From contig NC_086097.1 of NCBI RefSeq assembly GCF_963921235.1, positions 46,378,001 to 46,442,000 of the forward strand: a stretch of 64,000 bases of DNA. The letters run 5' to 3'. Shown here piece by piece: positions 39,539-53,156 of this stretch. The notes beneath the pieces were generated by a model. That model ran no database searches. It saw nothing but the letters and a program-made list of their open reading frames with translations, and was not told the DNA's origin. Numbering within the stretch: position 1 is the first letter of the stretch; each line of letters opens with the position of its first letter. Position numbers and translations under genes: made by a program. Source of the stretch: Mobula hypostoma (lineage: Eukaryota).

Positions 39539-40360
39539 GTTAAATTGAGTAAGTAGTGCAAACAAAAGGAAATAAAAAAGTAGTGAGGTAGTGTTCATGG
39601 GTTCCACGTCACATTTAGAAATGGGATAGCAGAGGGGAAAAGGCTGTTCCTGAATTGGATTGTGTGCCTTCAGGCTTCTGTACCTTCTTCCCATTGGTAG
39701 CAATGAGAAGAGGGCATGACCTGGGTGGTGGAGGTCTTTAATAATGGACACCGCTTTTCTGAGGCACTGTTCCTTGAAGATTATCTGGTTACTATGGATG
39801 CTAGTGCCCATGATGGAGGTAAGTGTATAATTCTCTGCAGCTTACTTCAATCCTGTGCAGTAACCACACTCCCCCACCCCACCCACCGCCCCCACCAATA
39901 CCAATGCAGCCAGTTAGAATGCTCTCCATGGTACGGCTGTAGAAATTTGTGAATGTTTTTGGTGACATGCCAAATCTTTCTAAAACCTCCTAAAGAAATA
40001 CAGCCACTGTCTTGCCTTCTTTATAGCCACATCAATATGTTAGGATGTTGGGTCCAGGTTAGGTCCTCAGAGATATTGACACCCAGGAACTTGAAATTGT
40101 TCACTCTTTCCAGTTCTGGTCCCTCTGTGAGGACTGGTGTGTGATCCTGCACCTTCCCCTTTCTGAAGTACACAATCAGTTCTTTTGTTTCACTGATGTT
40201 GAGTGCAAGGTTGTTGCTGCGACTCCACGAAACTAGCTGGTATATCTTGTTCCTGTACACCCTTTCATCATCATCTGAGATTCTGCCAACAATGTCAGCA
40301 ATTTATAGATGGTATTTGAGCCGTACCTTGCCCGCAGTCATGAGTGTACAGAGAGTAAAC
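39366..40360 (-). mobile_element. Decayed Rex1/Babar-like LINE 3' part, with (AT)n at ~39493-39532
   Basis: NNLALNISETKELIVYFRK..FKFLGVNISEDLTW; SIIKDLHHPGHALFSLLP; (gaatca)n tail. Confidence 0.85.
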
Positions 40361-40639
40361 AGTGAGCTAAATATTCAACAACACCCCATCAGAGGAGGGA
40401 GGCTGACGGATTAGTACATTTTAAATCCACCAAATTGTTAGTTTTCAGCTCAAGAACACTTCATAGAAGAAACTATTCTTTTAGAATTAATTAATGGAAA
40501 TGTATTACTTCTTGTTGTTCTCAGGTCTCTGTTACTTAATTATACCTTAAGTTTCAGATCTGACACATACTGTCTTTACAAGCCAGGCATAGCATAGGGA
40601 TTTAACGGCTGTTTTGTGCACAGAATACAGACAATATTG

Positions 40640-40930
40640 GGGTGGGCACGGTAGTATAGTGGTTAGCACAATGCTTTACAGTATCGGCGGCCCGGGTTCA
40701 GTTCCTGCCACTGCCTGTAAGGAGTTTGTCTGTTCTCCCTTTGACTGCATGGGTTTCCTCTGGGTGCTCCAGTTTCCTCCCACAATCCCAAGATGTACCA
40801 GTTAGTAGGTTAATCGGTCATTGTAAATGGTCCTGTGACTAGACTAGGATTAAATCAGGGGTTACTGGGTGGTGCATTTCGAAGGGCTGGAAGGGCCAAT
40901 TCTGCACTGTATCTCAATAAATCAATAAAT
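40640..40930 (+). mobile_element. Near full-length tRNA-derived V-SINE (HE1-like)
   Basis: A-box-like GGTAGTATAGTGG, B-box-like GGTTCAGTTCC, V-domain gggtttcctctgggtgctccagtttcctcccaca, tail gaagggcc..ctgtatctcaataaa. Confidence 0.85.
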
Positions 40931-41154
40931 CAGAACATGCTTAGTAAGTACATCATGTGCCTTCAGCCATTCAGTAGCTCAACAACATTGTCTTAAAAGA
41001 TGCACAGTGCAAATAAGAGAAAGCTTGTGCCTTTATTTTTCCCTTTTCATTTGGTATGAGTACTCCTGTCTGGGTAGACACTATGAAAATGTATCTTTTC
41101 AGACAGTGTCGAGGTAAAGTCATCACCGTGCAAAGTCTCTAATTAGTCATGCAC

Positions 41155-42615
41155 AAGGGTTGATTAGTAAATTTGTGGATGACACAGAATTACGAAGTGT
41201 TGTTGATAGTAAAACAAACAACTGTCATCAATTACAGGGAGGTCTTGATCAGGTTGGGAAGTGGGCTGAGGAATGGCAAATGGATGTCAATACAGGTAAG
41301 TGTGAGGTAATGCATTTCGGAAAGTCAAGCCAGACTTATACAATGAAAGGAAGGGAACTATGAAGTGTAATGGAGCAAAGGGACCAAAGAGTGAAAGCCC
41401 AGTTCATTAAAAGTGACATCTCAGGTAGACTAGGTAGTGGAAACAGTGTTTAGCTTGCTGGTCTTCATTAGTCAAGGCACTGAGTTTAGTCCTTGAGGTC
41501 TATAATCGGTGCCTAAGTCATTGGTAAGACCAAACTTGAAGTATTGTATACAGTTCTGGTCACTGTTATAGAAATTATTGAATTGAATTGAATTGACTTC
41601 TCCTCTTACATCCTCCATATATATGAGGAGTAAAAATCTTTATGTTACGTTTCCTTCTAAATGTGCAATGTGCAATTTATAGTAATTTGTAATAAATAGT
41701 ATATACAGCATAACAGTCAAGATAGCATAGAAATAGAATTGTATCAGCATGAGTTAATCAGTCTGATGGCCTGGTGGAAGAAGCTGTCCCGGAGACTGTT
41801 GGTCCTGGCTTTTATGCTGCAATACTGTTTCCTGGATGGTAGCAGCTGGATCAGTTTGTGGTTGGGGTGACTCGGGTCCCCAATAATCCTCCGGAGCCTT
41901 TTTATGAACCTGTCACTGTAAATGTCCTGAATAGTGGGAAGTTCACATCTACAGATGTGCTGGGCTGTCCGCACCACTCTCTGCAGAGCCCTGCGATTGA
42001 GGGAAGTACAGCTCCCATACCAGGCAGTGATGCAGCCAGTCAGGATGCTTTCAATTGTGCCTCTGTAGAAAGTCCTTAGGGTTTGGGGTCTCATGCCAAA
42101 CTTCTTCAACCACACAGCTGGTATGCACAGACCATGTGAAATCCTCGAGGATAAAAAGTGCAGAAAAGATTTACCAGGATATAGCCAGTACTAGAGGGCC
42201 TGAATTCTAGGAAGAGGTTGGCCAGGCTAAGTCTTTATTCCTTGCAATGTGGGAGAATGAGGGGACAATTTTACGAAAATGTTTATGCTTATGAGAGGAA
42301 AATAGAAACAATCCTTTCCCCAGGATAGGCAGTCTAAAACTAGGGGGCATCGATTTTGTGTGACAGGGGAAAGATTTAAAAGGAGCTGGGGGTGGGGGGC
42401 AACATTTTATGTAGAGGGGTGTGAATATATGGAGTGAACTGCCAAAGGAAGTGAGTGGGGTACAATAATGTCGTTTAGGAAGCAAGTGCATGGAGGGGCA
42501 GGGCTTAAAGGGATGTAGACCAAACACAGGGAATTGGGACTAGGTGGTGGGCACCATGTTATCATTGACGGTTTGGGCTGAAGGTCCTATGTCTGTGCTC
42601 TATTACCCTATGACT
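41155..42615 (+). mobile_element. Decayed CR1 interrupted by a minus-strand Rex1-like fragment (41575-42150)
   Basis: ISKFVDDT..WAEEWQMDVNTGKCEVMHFG; insert TFYRGTIESILTGCITAWYG with (attga)n tail. Confidence 0.82.
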
Positions 42616-42649
42616 TCTCCAGAGGTGAGTTGAATACAAAGTTATGCAT

Positions 42650-44110
42650 GAGGTTTTCAGGAATATCTTTTTCTCAAAACAGGTTGTGGTAAATTCTGTA
42701 GCTCTGAAGAATAGGAATGGGTTTCACAACTGTGTTGCTGACAAAGTGTGAACAAATATGCTCCCATGTTATACCATGGCCTTTAAAAGCCAGCAGCTCC
42801 CCTTCGATTGTACATTTCTATATCTCTGATACACGCTGCGTGTTGTCACCATTCTTTCTATACCAATGTAGATGCCAGTCCGGTATTTGACGGATCCAGC
42901 ACTCAGCCTGCATTACAGATACCCATACAGATGGCCTCATGTATCTTCCAGACTAATTCCCCTTGTGCCTTTTTGGGTATGATTTTGGATCCAGCAAATA
43001 GGATTCAATCTTCCTGTGAAGTATCATGTCTGATGTCTGATGATGATATCATCTTATTGGTAGCTCTGTTTATTTAATCTTTTTAGGGCTTTCCTAAATC
43101 TGTTGGAGAAAGCATCTCTAATTCCTTATATTTATTGCTCTCTGATTTTACCCTGACTTGTTGGTGTCACATTTATCATTCAGTGTATTTTCACACTTTG
43201 TCTCTCACCTCGTGCTTCTCATGTGGTGAGAGATGATGTAGTGCATCAGCTAGCACCATTTTTTTTATCCAATTTGTAATTTTCAAGAAAAAAAAATTAC
43301 ACTAAGACCTCAAGAGTAATTTTACAGCTCTGCAAGTGCTTTGCATGGCTTTTTCTCATAGATTTATTCAGAGAATCAGTGGTCACTTTCTACAATGAAC
43401 TTCCTTCAGTCGAGGCAGTTGTGAATCTTCCCGCAACCATACATGACTACCAAAAGTTTGCTTTCTATGTTGGCATATGTTGTTCCTGCTGTCACAGATG
43501 TTTTAGAAGCAAATATATTTTATTTCCCTTCTTGTACTAGGGTTGCTTCCAAGCATTTAATAGAGGCACGGTCTGCAAAAAAAAAATCACTGTTGTAGTC
43601 CCCCATGTTCACTTCAGAGCACACCACCAACACTAAACATTTCGTATAATAGTTTCATGGGACTGTACTCACTGATATTTTTCACTTACTGTCATTAGTC
43701 CTCTTGAATGTGTTGCCTGTTCTAACATGTAAGGAATGGAAAGATGTGTGTGCTGGATCAGGCCCAGAATGGTGTTCAGCTCTCTCTTGTTCTTTACCAC
43801 ACCCATCGCAGTGATAATTGTGTCTTATTCTAGGCTTGGCTTCACTTTGTGTAGTGTAATACCATTCCAAAGAACAAACATCATTTATTTGTTTATCACT
43901 TGATTTCAGCACAGCTTCATTTCATCTCTCCCCGGAAATGACAGCCATGGAGTTACCGACAGCACATTAGGTTTAGGTGTCTACTCCTTTGCATTCTTTG
44001 TCTAAGTCTCATACCTTGCGCTGTAGTACATCTAGGTTTACACTAAGACCATCATATTAGAAGTTGTTCTGCCAAAGTAGTGTCAAATATTGTCCATAGT
44101 GACGGTTTCT
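42650..44110 (-). mobile_element. Decayed Ty3/Gypsy pol fragment (RT thumb, RNase H, integrase Zn finger)
   Basis: Manual minus-strand translation gives KNKRELNTILGLIQH (~43760-43800), IFASKTSVTAGTTYANIESKLLVVMYGCGKIH..RKFIVESDH (~43380-43520), KIHE..CRLSAGSVKYRTGIY.GIERMV (~42840-42950). Confidence 0.8.
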
Positions 44111-44809
44111 CAGCAAGCTTTACGTCCCAGCAAAATAAACTGCTGGAGGAACTCAGCAGGTCAAGCAACATCTGTGGGGGAATAGGAACTGCCAACGTGT
44201 TGGGTCAAGCCCTACATCAGGACAATACATCAATTAATTAACTGGAGCCCTTGATTGCTGCACTTCCATCTACAATCGACATTTCTCAGACAGATACAGA
44301 ATGAATAAATATCAGTGCAACCTTATTAAACTGCATAAACGTTGACTCAAGCAGCAATAAACTTACATGTCATAAGTTATTCCTTCTAAGCAGTTGAGAC
44401 AGCCCTAGGGTTTTCTAAGTACTGATAATAGTCCTACAGCGGCGGTAACGTAGGTGTGATAAATATATTTTAATTTTTTTTGTGAATTTTCATACAAAAT
44501 TATCCAATGTTATTAGATCTTTGGTGCTTCCACAAAGGATCACAAAATCGAGGCCAGGAACCAAAATGCTATCAGATTGAAAGGATAAAATGATTGTTAA
44601 GTTAATAAGGGAAATAATGTTAATTTTTATAAAACAATTTTAACAGGGATTGGATTTAACAGGGCTTGGGAATATGGCTGAAGACAGACGATGGTGCCAC
44701 CTACTGGTTCATTATGGTCCCATTCGGGACCATCAGTACTTTAACTGTTGGAGTTTCTGAAGTGCCATCATGATTCGATTGTTAGTGATGTACCATATGG
44801 TATGTAGTA

Positions 44810-45135
44810 GGTAATCATCTGCAGAAGTGGTTTGCCAATACCTTCTTCTGGACAGTGTCTTTACAAGATTGGTGACCACAGACATTATCAATACTCCTTA
44901 GATATTCTCTGCCTGGTGTCAGTGGATACGCAACCAAGACTTGTGATATGCACCAGCTGCTCATACAACCATCCACCACCTGCTCCCATGGCTTCATGTA
45001 GCCCTGATTTTTTTTTGGGGGGTGTGTGGGGCTAAGCAGGTGATACACCTTGCCCAAGAGTGATCTGCAGGCTAGTGGAGTGAAGGAGTGCCTTACACCT
45101 CCTTTGGTAAAGACGTTTCTCCACCCCGCCACCTT
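44810..45135 (-). mobile_element. Probable 5' fragment of an RTE-like element
   Basis: Resembles remembered RTE 5' ends (..aaggtgtatcacctgcttagccc..ggcaaaccacttctg); no coding motif seen. Confidence 0.35.
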
Positions 45136-45419
45136 GCCTACTCTTGATGGTATAGGGAAAAAGATCTAAGTTGAACCTTCAGGCAAAGTTATGGTAATCA
45201 TCAACTGGACCTTAAATTGTGCTTTAATATCAGAAGTCCAACAGGTGTGAATTCTATGCACGTGGTGTCTGGTTCACCTGTTAACCATAAAAGTCTTTCT
45301 CAGCTTCAGCTATTGGTCTGCTATATCACCCCCTCACCTTCAATTTAACTATCAAATTTTTGTTTCAAACTTTAAACTGAAGTCTTACTGGCTTTAATAG
45401 ATGGGTATAAAAGAACTGA

Positions 45420-48400
45420 GCTGTTGGGGAGGGTTTAAACTAATTTGGCAGAGGGAGGGGAACCAGAGTGATAGGGCTGAAGATAGGGCAGTTGGTACAA
45501 CTAGATGCTGTGAGCTGTGAGACTGTCAGGAAGGACAGGCAGATGATACGACAAAATTGGGATGAGTTACAGTGTAACACCGGGACAAAATTGAAAAGGG
45601 TGATGAATACAGGACTGAAGGTGTTATATTTGAATGCGTGCAGTATATAGAATAGGTAGATGATCTTTTCGCACAATTAGAGATTGGTAGGTATGACATT
45701 GTGGGTATCACATAGTTGTAGCTGAAAGAAGATTATAGTTGGCAGTTTAATCAGAATCAGGTTTATTATCACTGGCATGTGTTGTGAAATTTGTTAACTT
45801 CACGTTAATGTTAATACCCAAGGATAAACATTGTATTGAAAGAACAGTCAGGTAGGCAGAGAGGTGGGTGGCTCTATATGTAAAAAAGTGAAATCAAATC
45901 CTTAGAAAGAGATGGGCTAGGATTGGAAGATGTAGAATCCTTGTGGGTAGAGTTAAGGAACTGCAAGGGTAAAAAGACCCTGATGGGAGTTATAAACAGG
46001 CCTCCAAACAGTAGCTAGGATGTGGGATACAAATTACAACATGAGATAGAAAATACGTGTCAAAAGAGCAAGATTATGATAGTCATGGGGGATTTCAATA
46101 TGTAGGTAGATTGGGAAAATCATATTAGTACTGGATTCCAAGAGAGAGAATTTGTAAGATGCCTGTGAGATGGCTTTCTAGAGTAGCTTGTGGTTCAGCT
46201 AGGGGAATGGTATTCTAGACTGGGTGTTGTGTAATGAACCACGTTTGATTATGGAGCTTAAAGTAAAGTAATCCTTAGGAGGTAGTGATCATAATATGAT
46301 AGACGTCACCCTGCAATTTGAGACCCCGCAGTCAGATGTATCAGTATTACTGTGGAGTAAAAGGAATTATAGAGGCATGAGAGAGCAGTTGGCCAAAGTT
46401 GATTAGAAGGGGACACTAGCAGGGATGACCGCAGAACAGCAATGGCTGGAGTTTCTGGGAGAAATTTGGAAAGCACAGGATAAATACATACAAAGGAAGA
46501 AGAATTCTAAAGGCAGGCTGTCGACAATGGCATCCAAAAAAAACTATATAAAAGCAAAAGAATGGGCATATAATAGAGCAAAAATTACTGGGAAGCTAGA
46601 GGATTGGGAAGCTTTTAAAAAGGAATAGAAGGCAACTAAAAAAGCCATAAGGAGGGAACAGATGAAATATGGAGGTAATCCAGCTAATAGTATAAAAGAG
46701 GATACCAAAAGTTTTTTGAATATATTAAGAGTAAAAGAGAGGTGAGAGTAGATATCAGAAAAACCACTGGAAAATGATGCTGGAGTGGTAGTAATGGGGG
46801 ACAAGGAAATGGTGGACAAACAAAATAAGTATTTTGCATCTGTCTTCACTTTAGAGGACACTAGCAATATGTCAGGGTGCAGAAGTCAGTGTCATTGTTA
46901 TTACTAGGGAGAAAGTGCTTGGAAAGCTGAAGGGTCTCGAGGTTGATAAGTCACTTGGATCAGATGGACCACTCCCTAGGGTTCTGAAAGAGGTAGTTGA
47001 AGAGATTGTGGAAGCATTAGTAATGATCTTTCAAGAATCACTGGATTCTGGCATGGTCTTGGAGGGTTGAAAAATTGCAAATGTCACTCCACTGTTCAAA
47101 AAGGGAAGGAGGCAGAAGAAAGGAAATTATAGGCCAGTTACCCTGAGCTCAGTGATTCGGAAGATGCTGGAGTCAATCGTTAAGGATGTGGTTTCGGGGT
47201 ACTTGGAGGCACATGATTACATGGGCCAAAGCCAGCATGGATTTTCCTTAAGGGAAATACAACATCCTGACAAATCTGCTGGAACTCTTTGAGGAAATAA
47301 CAAACAGTATTGACAAAGGAGAGTTGGTGGATGTTGTATACTTGGATTTTCAGGAAGCCTTTGACAAGGTGGCATAAATGAAGGTGTTTAAAAAGATAAG
47401 AGCCCATGGTATTACAGGAAAGATTCTAGCATGGATAAAGCAATGACTGATTAGCAGGAGGCTAAGAGTAGGAATAAAGGGAGCCTTTTCTGGTTGGCTG
47501 CTGGTGACCAGTGGTGCTCCACAGGGAACACTTCTTTTTATGTTATATGTCAATGATTTGGATGATGGAATTGATAGCATTTTGCTAAGTTTGTGGATGA
47601 TATGGAGATAGGTGGAGGGGCAGGTAGTGTTGAGGAAGCAGGGACACTGTGGAAAGACTTAGACAGATGTGGAGAATGGGCACAGAAGTGGCAGATGGAA
47701 TATCAGGAAGTATATGGCCATGCACTTTGGAAATAAAAGCATAGACTATTTTTTAGATAGCATAACATTGAAAAATCTGAGGTGCAAGGGGACTTGGGAG
47801 TCCTCATGTAGGATTCCCTGAAGGTTAATTTGTAGGTTGAGTTGGTGGTGAGGAAAGCAAATGCAATGTTAACATTCAGAATCAGAATCAGAATCAGGTT
47901 TACTATCACCGGCATGTGACGTGAAATTTGTTAACTTAGCAGCAGCAGTTCAATGCAATATATAATCTAGCAGAGAGAGAAAATAATAATAATAATAAAT
48001 AAACAAGTAAATCAATTACATATATTGAATAGATTTTTAAAAAATGTGCAAAAGCAGAAATACTGTATATTAAAAAAAGTGAGGTAGTGTCCAAAGCTTC
48101 AATGTCCACTTAGGAATTGAATGGCAGAAGGGAAGAAGCTGTTCCCAAATTGCTGATGGTAACAGTGAGAAAAGGGCATGCCCTGGGTGCTGGAGGTCCT
48201 TAATAATGGACGCTGCCTTTCTGAGACACCGCTCCCTGAAGATGGCCTGGGTACTTTGTAGGCTAGTGCCCAAGATGGAGCTGACTAGATTTACAACCTT
48301 CTGCAGCTTCTTTCGGTTTATTTCCAGAATATAAAAACAAGGATATAATGCTGAGAAATTTTGAGCCCCTTATCTAAGAAAGGATGTGCTGATAATGGAG

Positions 48401-48905
48401 AGAGTTCAGTGGAGGTTCACGAGAATAATTCCAGGAATTAAAGGGTTATCATATAAGGAGTATTTGATGGCTCTGGGCTATACTTACGGGAATTTCAAAG
48501 AATGAGGGTGGAATCTCATTGAAACCTATCAAATGTTTCAAAGTCCAATTAGAGTGGATATGGAGAGGATGTTTCCTACGGTGAGGGAGTCTAAGACCAG
48601 AGTACACAGCTTCAGAATAGAAGAATATTCATTTAGAATGGAGATGAAGAGGAATTTCTTTAGCCAGAGGGGGGTGAATCCATGGAATTCGTTGCCACAG
48701 GTGGCTGTAGAGGTCAAGTCTTTGGATGTATTTAAGGTGGAGCTTGATAGGTTCTTGATTAGTCGGGGTGTGAAAGGTTACCGGGGAGAAGGCAGGAGAA
48801 TGTGGTTGAGAGGGGAAAGGATCAAACATGATGAAATGGCAGAGCAGACCTGATGTGCCAAATGACCTAATTCTGCCCCTATCTCTTATGGTCTTATGGT
48901 CTGAT
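45420..48905 (+). mobile_element. Decayed CR1 from ORF1 end through ORF2, with nested Rex1-type tails at ~45750-45810 and ~47877-48320
   Basis: GLKVLYLNACSI endonuclease start, RT motifs, RNFFSQRGVNPWNSLP, tail (ttatggtc)n. Confidence 0.9.
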
Positions 48906-48997
48906 GGCACTATTTTGAAGAAGAGTGGATAAGTTATTTGCAGGATTCTGGCCAATATTTATCCCTCAATCAATATCTTTGGAACAGATTATCCAGT
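48904..48997 (+). mobile_element. DeuSINE (SacSINE1-like) fragment
   Basis: tggcactattttgaagaagag..ctggccaatatttatccctcaa..aacagattatc resembles the Deu-domain as remembered. Confidence 0.55.
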
Positions 48998-49004
48998 GCT
49001 TAGA

Positions 49005-49175
49005 AACACGCAAATAATGCTGGAGGAACTCAACAGATCCGGGCAGCATCTGTAGAAAGGAATAAAAAGTGAACCTCACTGGCTGAGACCCTTCATTAGG
49101 ACTGGAGAGGAAGGGGGAAGAAGCTAGAATAAGAAGGTGGAAGGAGGGGAGGAAACACAAGCTGGCAAGTGATGG
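49005..49175 (-). mobile_element. Old Penelope-like tail with degenerate hammerhead
   Basis: tgctggaggaactca..gcagcatctg..ggctgagacccttcattaggact; GAAA box lost. Confidence 0.65.
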
Positions 49176-50689
49176 GTTACAATCATGCTTCACAGGCTGA
49201 AGAGCACTTGAAGCTGTAATAAACACTTCACTAATGAAAGCATTTCTTTCTGTGATGCCCTTGCTGTATACCATCCGAGTCAGTCCTTGTCTGACGTCCA
49301 TCTTCACTCTCTTAAATCCAATGACACTAGCATACAAAACTGACAGACAGCTTTACCAACTCATCACCAGATCTTGCAAGACGACACCATATTATCAAGG
49401 GCTCTGTGTTCCTCACACGTCTGGCCGCTTGCGTGTCTCTGCGTCCCTTCTAACTGAAAAGCTGGACATGCTTTTGAAGCACCTCAGCTTTATGATTTGG
49501 TATTCTCTCCCCTAAATATATCTAATTCCATTGTCTCCTCTAAGTCCTTAAAATCTAGCTTCCAACCAGGCTTTAAATCTTGTTTCTTATTTGGCATTAA
49601 TTTGGACCCTCTTACCTCCCACTAAGTGTCTTGGGTTATTTTGTTATGCCAAGGATGCTAAATAAATGCAGATTGTTGTTAATCTGCCCCTGGTCATGAT
49701 CCGGGTCATCAGTAGCTCTGTACCAGAACAGTTATCCTAAATTTAAATGGGAAATTGTCTGCCCTAATTTAAATTAGTACACAGTAAAGATTTCTTCACT
49801 TTTATGAATATCGCACGTTATTTATGGTATTTAAAAGCAGCATGAAATTCTCGTCGGGTGTAGGTGAGTCTCACTCTATAATTGCTGCAGAGTGGGGGTG
49901 GGAAGAATGAAAAACAATAAACTCTTCCTTCTTTTGAAATATAACGTTGGCGAATGCAGTCACCCCACTAAAGGAAGAATGTGAAGAAGAAGTTCACTAG
50001 GATGATGCCTGGATTAGACAATATTACGTGTACAGAAAGGTTGCACAAACTTGGGTGGTTTTCTTTGGAGCGTCAGAGGCTGGGAGGCAACCTGATAAAA
50101 GTACTGTATATACAATTATGGCGGGCAAAGATTGCGCATATAGTCAGAGTCTTTATTCCCCTGGGTTGAAATGTGAAATATTAGAGAATATTGTTTTAAG
50201 GTGCTGAGTGTTTGGGGGTGGAATTTTAAAGGAGATTTGTGAAGCATTTTTTTGTGCAATGTATGGTAGGCCTTGGAAAACATTTCCAGGGGAGGTGGTA
50301 GTTGTGGAAATGATAGCAAATATTTAAAAGGTCTTTGGACAGACACGTGAACAGGCAGGGAAAATATGGATGCAGATAATGTGCAGGTAGATGGGATTAG
50401 TTTAGATTGGCATCATGCTCAATGCAGACATGACGGGCTGACTGGCCTGTTCCTGAAATGTACTGTTCAATATTCAAAAGTCTCTGCAACTAATTCTCCT
50501 TCCTGAGGGAGATATGGCCTATCAGCCTCTTGAAGTCTCTGCTAGTACAGCTGAGGGCACCCAGGCTGAAGTGAACTGCACTCTCCAGAAGCCTAAAGGT
50601 TTTGGTGTATTTGTGCCTTCCTGGGCGGGGTGGTAAACTCTCAGCTGTCTGACATAATAGACCATGCATGCTATAATCTTTCATGTACT

Positions 50690-51405
50690 ACCCCAGGCTC
50701 TTATCTTCTTTTGCAGTCTCATGTGACACCTTGTCTAAGGCCTTCCTAAAATCCAAGTATGCAACACCCACCGATTCTACTTTGTCTATCTTGCTTGTTA
50801 TTTCTTCAGAGAATTCCAACAGATTTGTCAGGCAAGATCTTCCTTTAATGAAACCATTTGTCCTATTTTATCATGTGCCTCCAAGTACCCTGAAGCCACA
50901 TCCTAACAATTGACACCAGCATCTTCCCAACCACTAAGGTCGGGCTGTCTGGCCTATAATTTCCTTTCATTCTGCCTCCATCCCTTCTTGAAGAGTGGAG
51001 TGACATTTGCAATTTTCCATTCCTCCAGAACCATCTCTATTGATTCTTGAAAGATCATTACTTGTGCCTCCACCATCACTTCAGTTACACTTTCAGAATC
51101 CCCGGGGTGTAATCCATCAGGCCTAGATGACTTATCTACCTTCTATCTTCAGACCTTTCAGTTTTTGCAAGCACCATCTCCCTTGTAATAGCAACTGTGC
51201 ACACTTCTGCCCCTTGATACTCTCGAATGTCCAGCATGCTACTAATGTCTTCCAATGTGAAGACTGATGCAAAATACAGTTCTTTTCTTGTCCCTGTTAC
51301 TATCTCATGAGCTTCATTTTCCAGTGGTCCAATATCTACTCGCTTCTCTTTTACTCTTTATATGCAAAAAACCTTTGTTACCATTTTTGATATTATTGGC
51401 CAGCT
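50690..51405 (-). mobile_element. CR1 internal fragment
   Basis: Reverse complement of YLDF.KA.DKV and NYRP regions; homologous to 56800-57550. Confidence 0.8.
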
Positions 51406-51920
51406 TGTCCAGTTCTGATCGCCTCACTATAGGAAGGATGTGGAAGCATTGGAAAGGGTACAGAGGAGATTTACCAGGATGCTGCCTGGTTTAAAGAGTA
51501 TGGATTATGATCAGAGATTAAGGGAGCTAGGGCTTTACTCTTTAGAGAGAAGGAGGATGAGAGGTGACATGATAGAGGTGTACAAGATAATAAGAGGAAT
51601 AGATTGAGTGGATAGCCAGCGCCTTTTCCCCAGGGCACCACTGCTCAATACAAGGCGACATGGCTTTAAGGTAAAGCGTGGGAAGTTCAAGGGGGTATTA
51701 GAGGAAGGTTTTTTACTCAGAGAGTGGTTGGTGCGTGGAATGAACTGCCTGAGTCAGTGGTGGAGGCAGATACACTAGCGAAATTTAAGAGACTACTAGA
51801 CAGGTATATGGAGGAATTTAAGGTGGGGGCTTATATGGGAGGCAGGGTTTGAGGGTCGGCACAACTTTGTGAGCCGAAGGGCCTGTACTGTGCTGTACTA
51901 TTCTATGTTCTATGTTCTAT
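51405..51920 (+). mobile_element. CR1 3' fragment of the same subfamily as 59527-62835
   Basis: Closely matches the reverse complement of ~59530-60035; (ttctatg)n tail. Confidence 0.9.
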
Positions 51921-53120
51921 AAGACCATAACACAAAGGAGCAGAAGTCGGCCATTCAGCCCATTGAGTCTGCTCTGCCATTTTATCATGAGCTGATCCAT
52001 TCTCCCATTTAGTCCCACTCCCCTGCCTTCTCACCATAACCTTTGATGCCCTGGCTACTTAGATACCTATCAATCTCTGCCTTAAATACATCCAATGACT
52101 TAGCCTCCACTGCCACCCGTGGCAACAAATTCCATAGATTCATCACCCTCTTCCAAAAAAAATTTCTTCGCATCTCTGTTCTGAATGGGTGCCCTTCAAT
52201 CCTTAAGTCATGCCCTCTCGTACTAGACTCCCCCATCATGGGAAACAACTTTGTCACATCCACTCTGTCCATTCCTTTCAACATTCAAAATGTTTCTATG
52301 AGGTCTCCCCTCATTCTTCTAAACTCCAAGGAACACAGTCCAAGAGCGGACAAACGTTCCTCATATGTTAACCCTCTCATTCCCAGAATCATTCTAGTGA
52401 ATCTTCTCTGTACCCTCTCCAACGTCAGCACATCCTTTCTTAAATAAGGAGACCAAAACTGCCCACAGTACTCCAAGTGAGGTCTCACCAGCGCCTTATA
52501 GAGCCTCAACATCACATCCCTGCTCCTATACTCTATTCCTCTAGAAATGAATGCCAACATTGCATTCGCCTTCTTCACCACCGACTCAACCTGCAGGTTA
52601 ACCTTAAGGGTATCCTGTACAAGGACTCCCAAGTCCCATTGCATCTCAGAACTTTGAATTCTCTCCCCATTTAAATAATAGTCTGCCTGTTTATTTCTTC
52701 TGTCAAAGTGCATAACCATACACTTTCAAACATTGTATTTCATTTGACACTTCTTTGCCCATTCTTACAATCTATCCAAGTCTCTCTGCAGACTCTCTGT
52801 TTCCTCAGCACTAGCGGCCCCTCCACCTATCTTCGTATCGTCAGCAAACTTAGCCACAAAGCCATCTATTCCATAATCCAAATTGTTGATGTACAATGTA
52901 AAAAGAAGCGGCCCCAACACAGACCCCTGTGGAACACCACTGGTAACTGGCAGCCAACCAGAATAGGATCCCTTTATTCTCACTCTCTGTTTCCTGCTAA
53001 TCAGCCAACGCTCTATCCACGTAAACAACAGGAATTCTGCGGATGCTGGAAATTCAAGCAACACACACAAAAGTTGCTGGTGAATGCAGCAGGCCAGGCA
53101 ACATCTATAGGAAGAGGTGC

Positions 53121-53156
53121 AGTCGACGTTTCAGACCGAGACCCTTCGTCAGGACT
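53121..53156 (-). ncRNA. Minimal type I hammerhead ribozyme, intact core
   Basis: AGTC-CTGACGA-AGGgtctcggTCT-GAAA-CG-TC-GACT (G-U pair in stem II). Confidence 0.85.
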
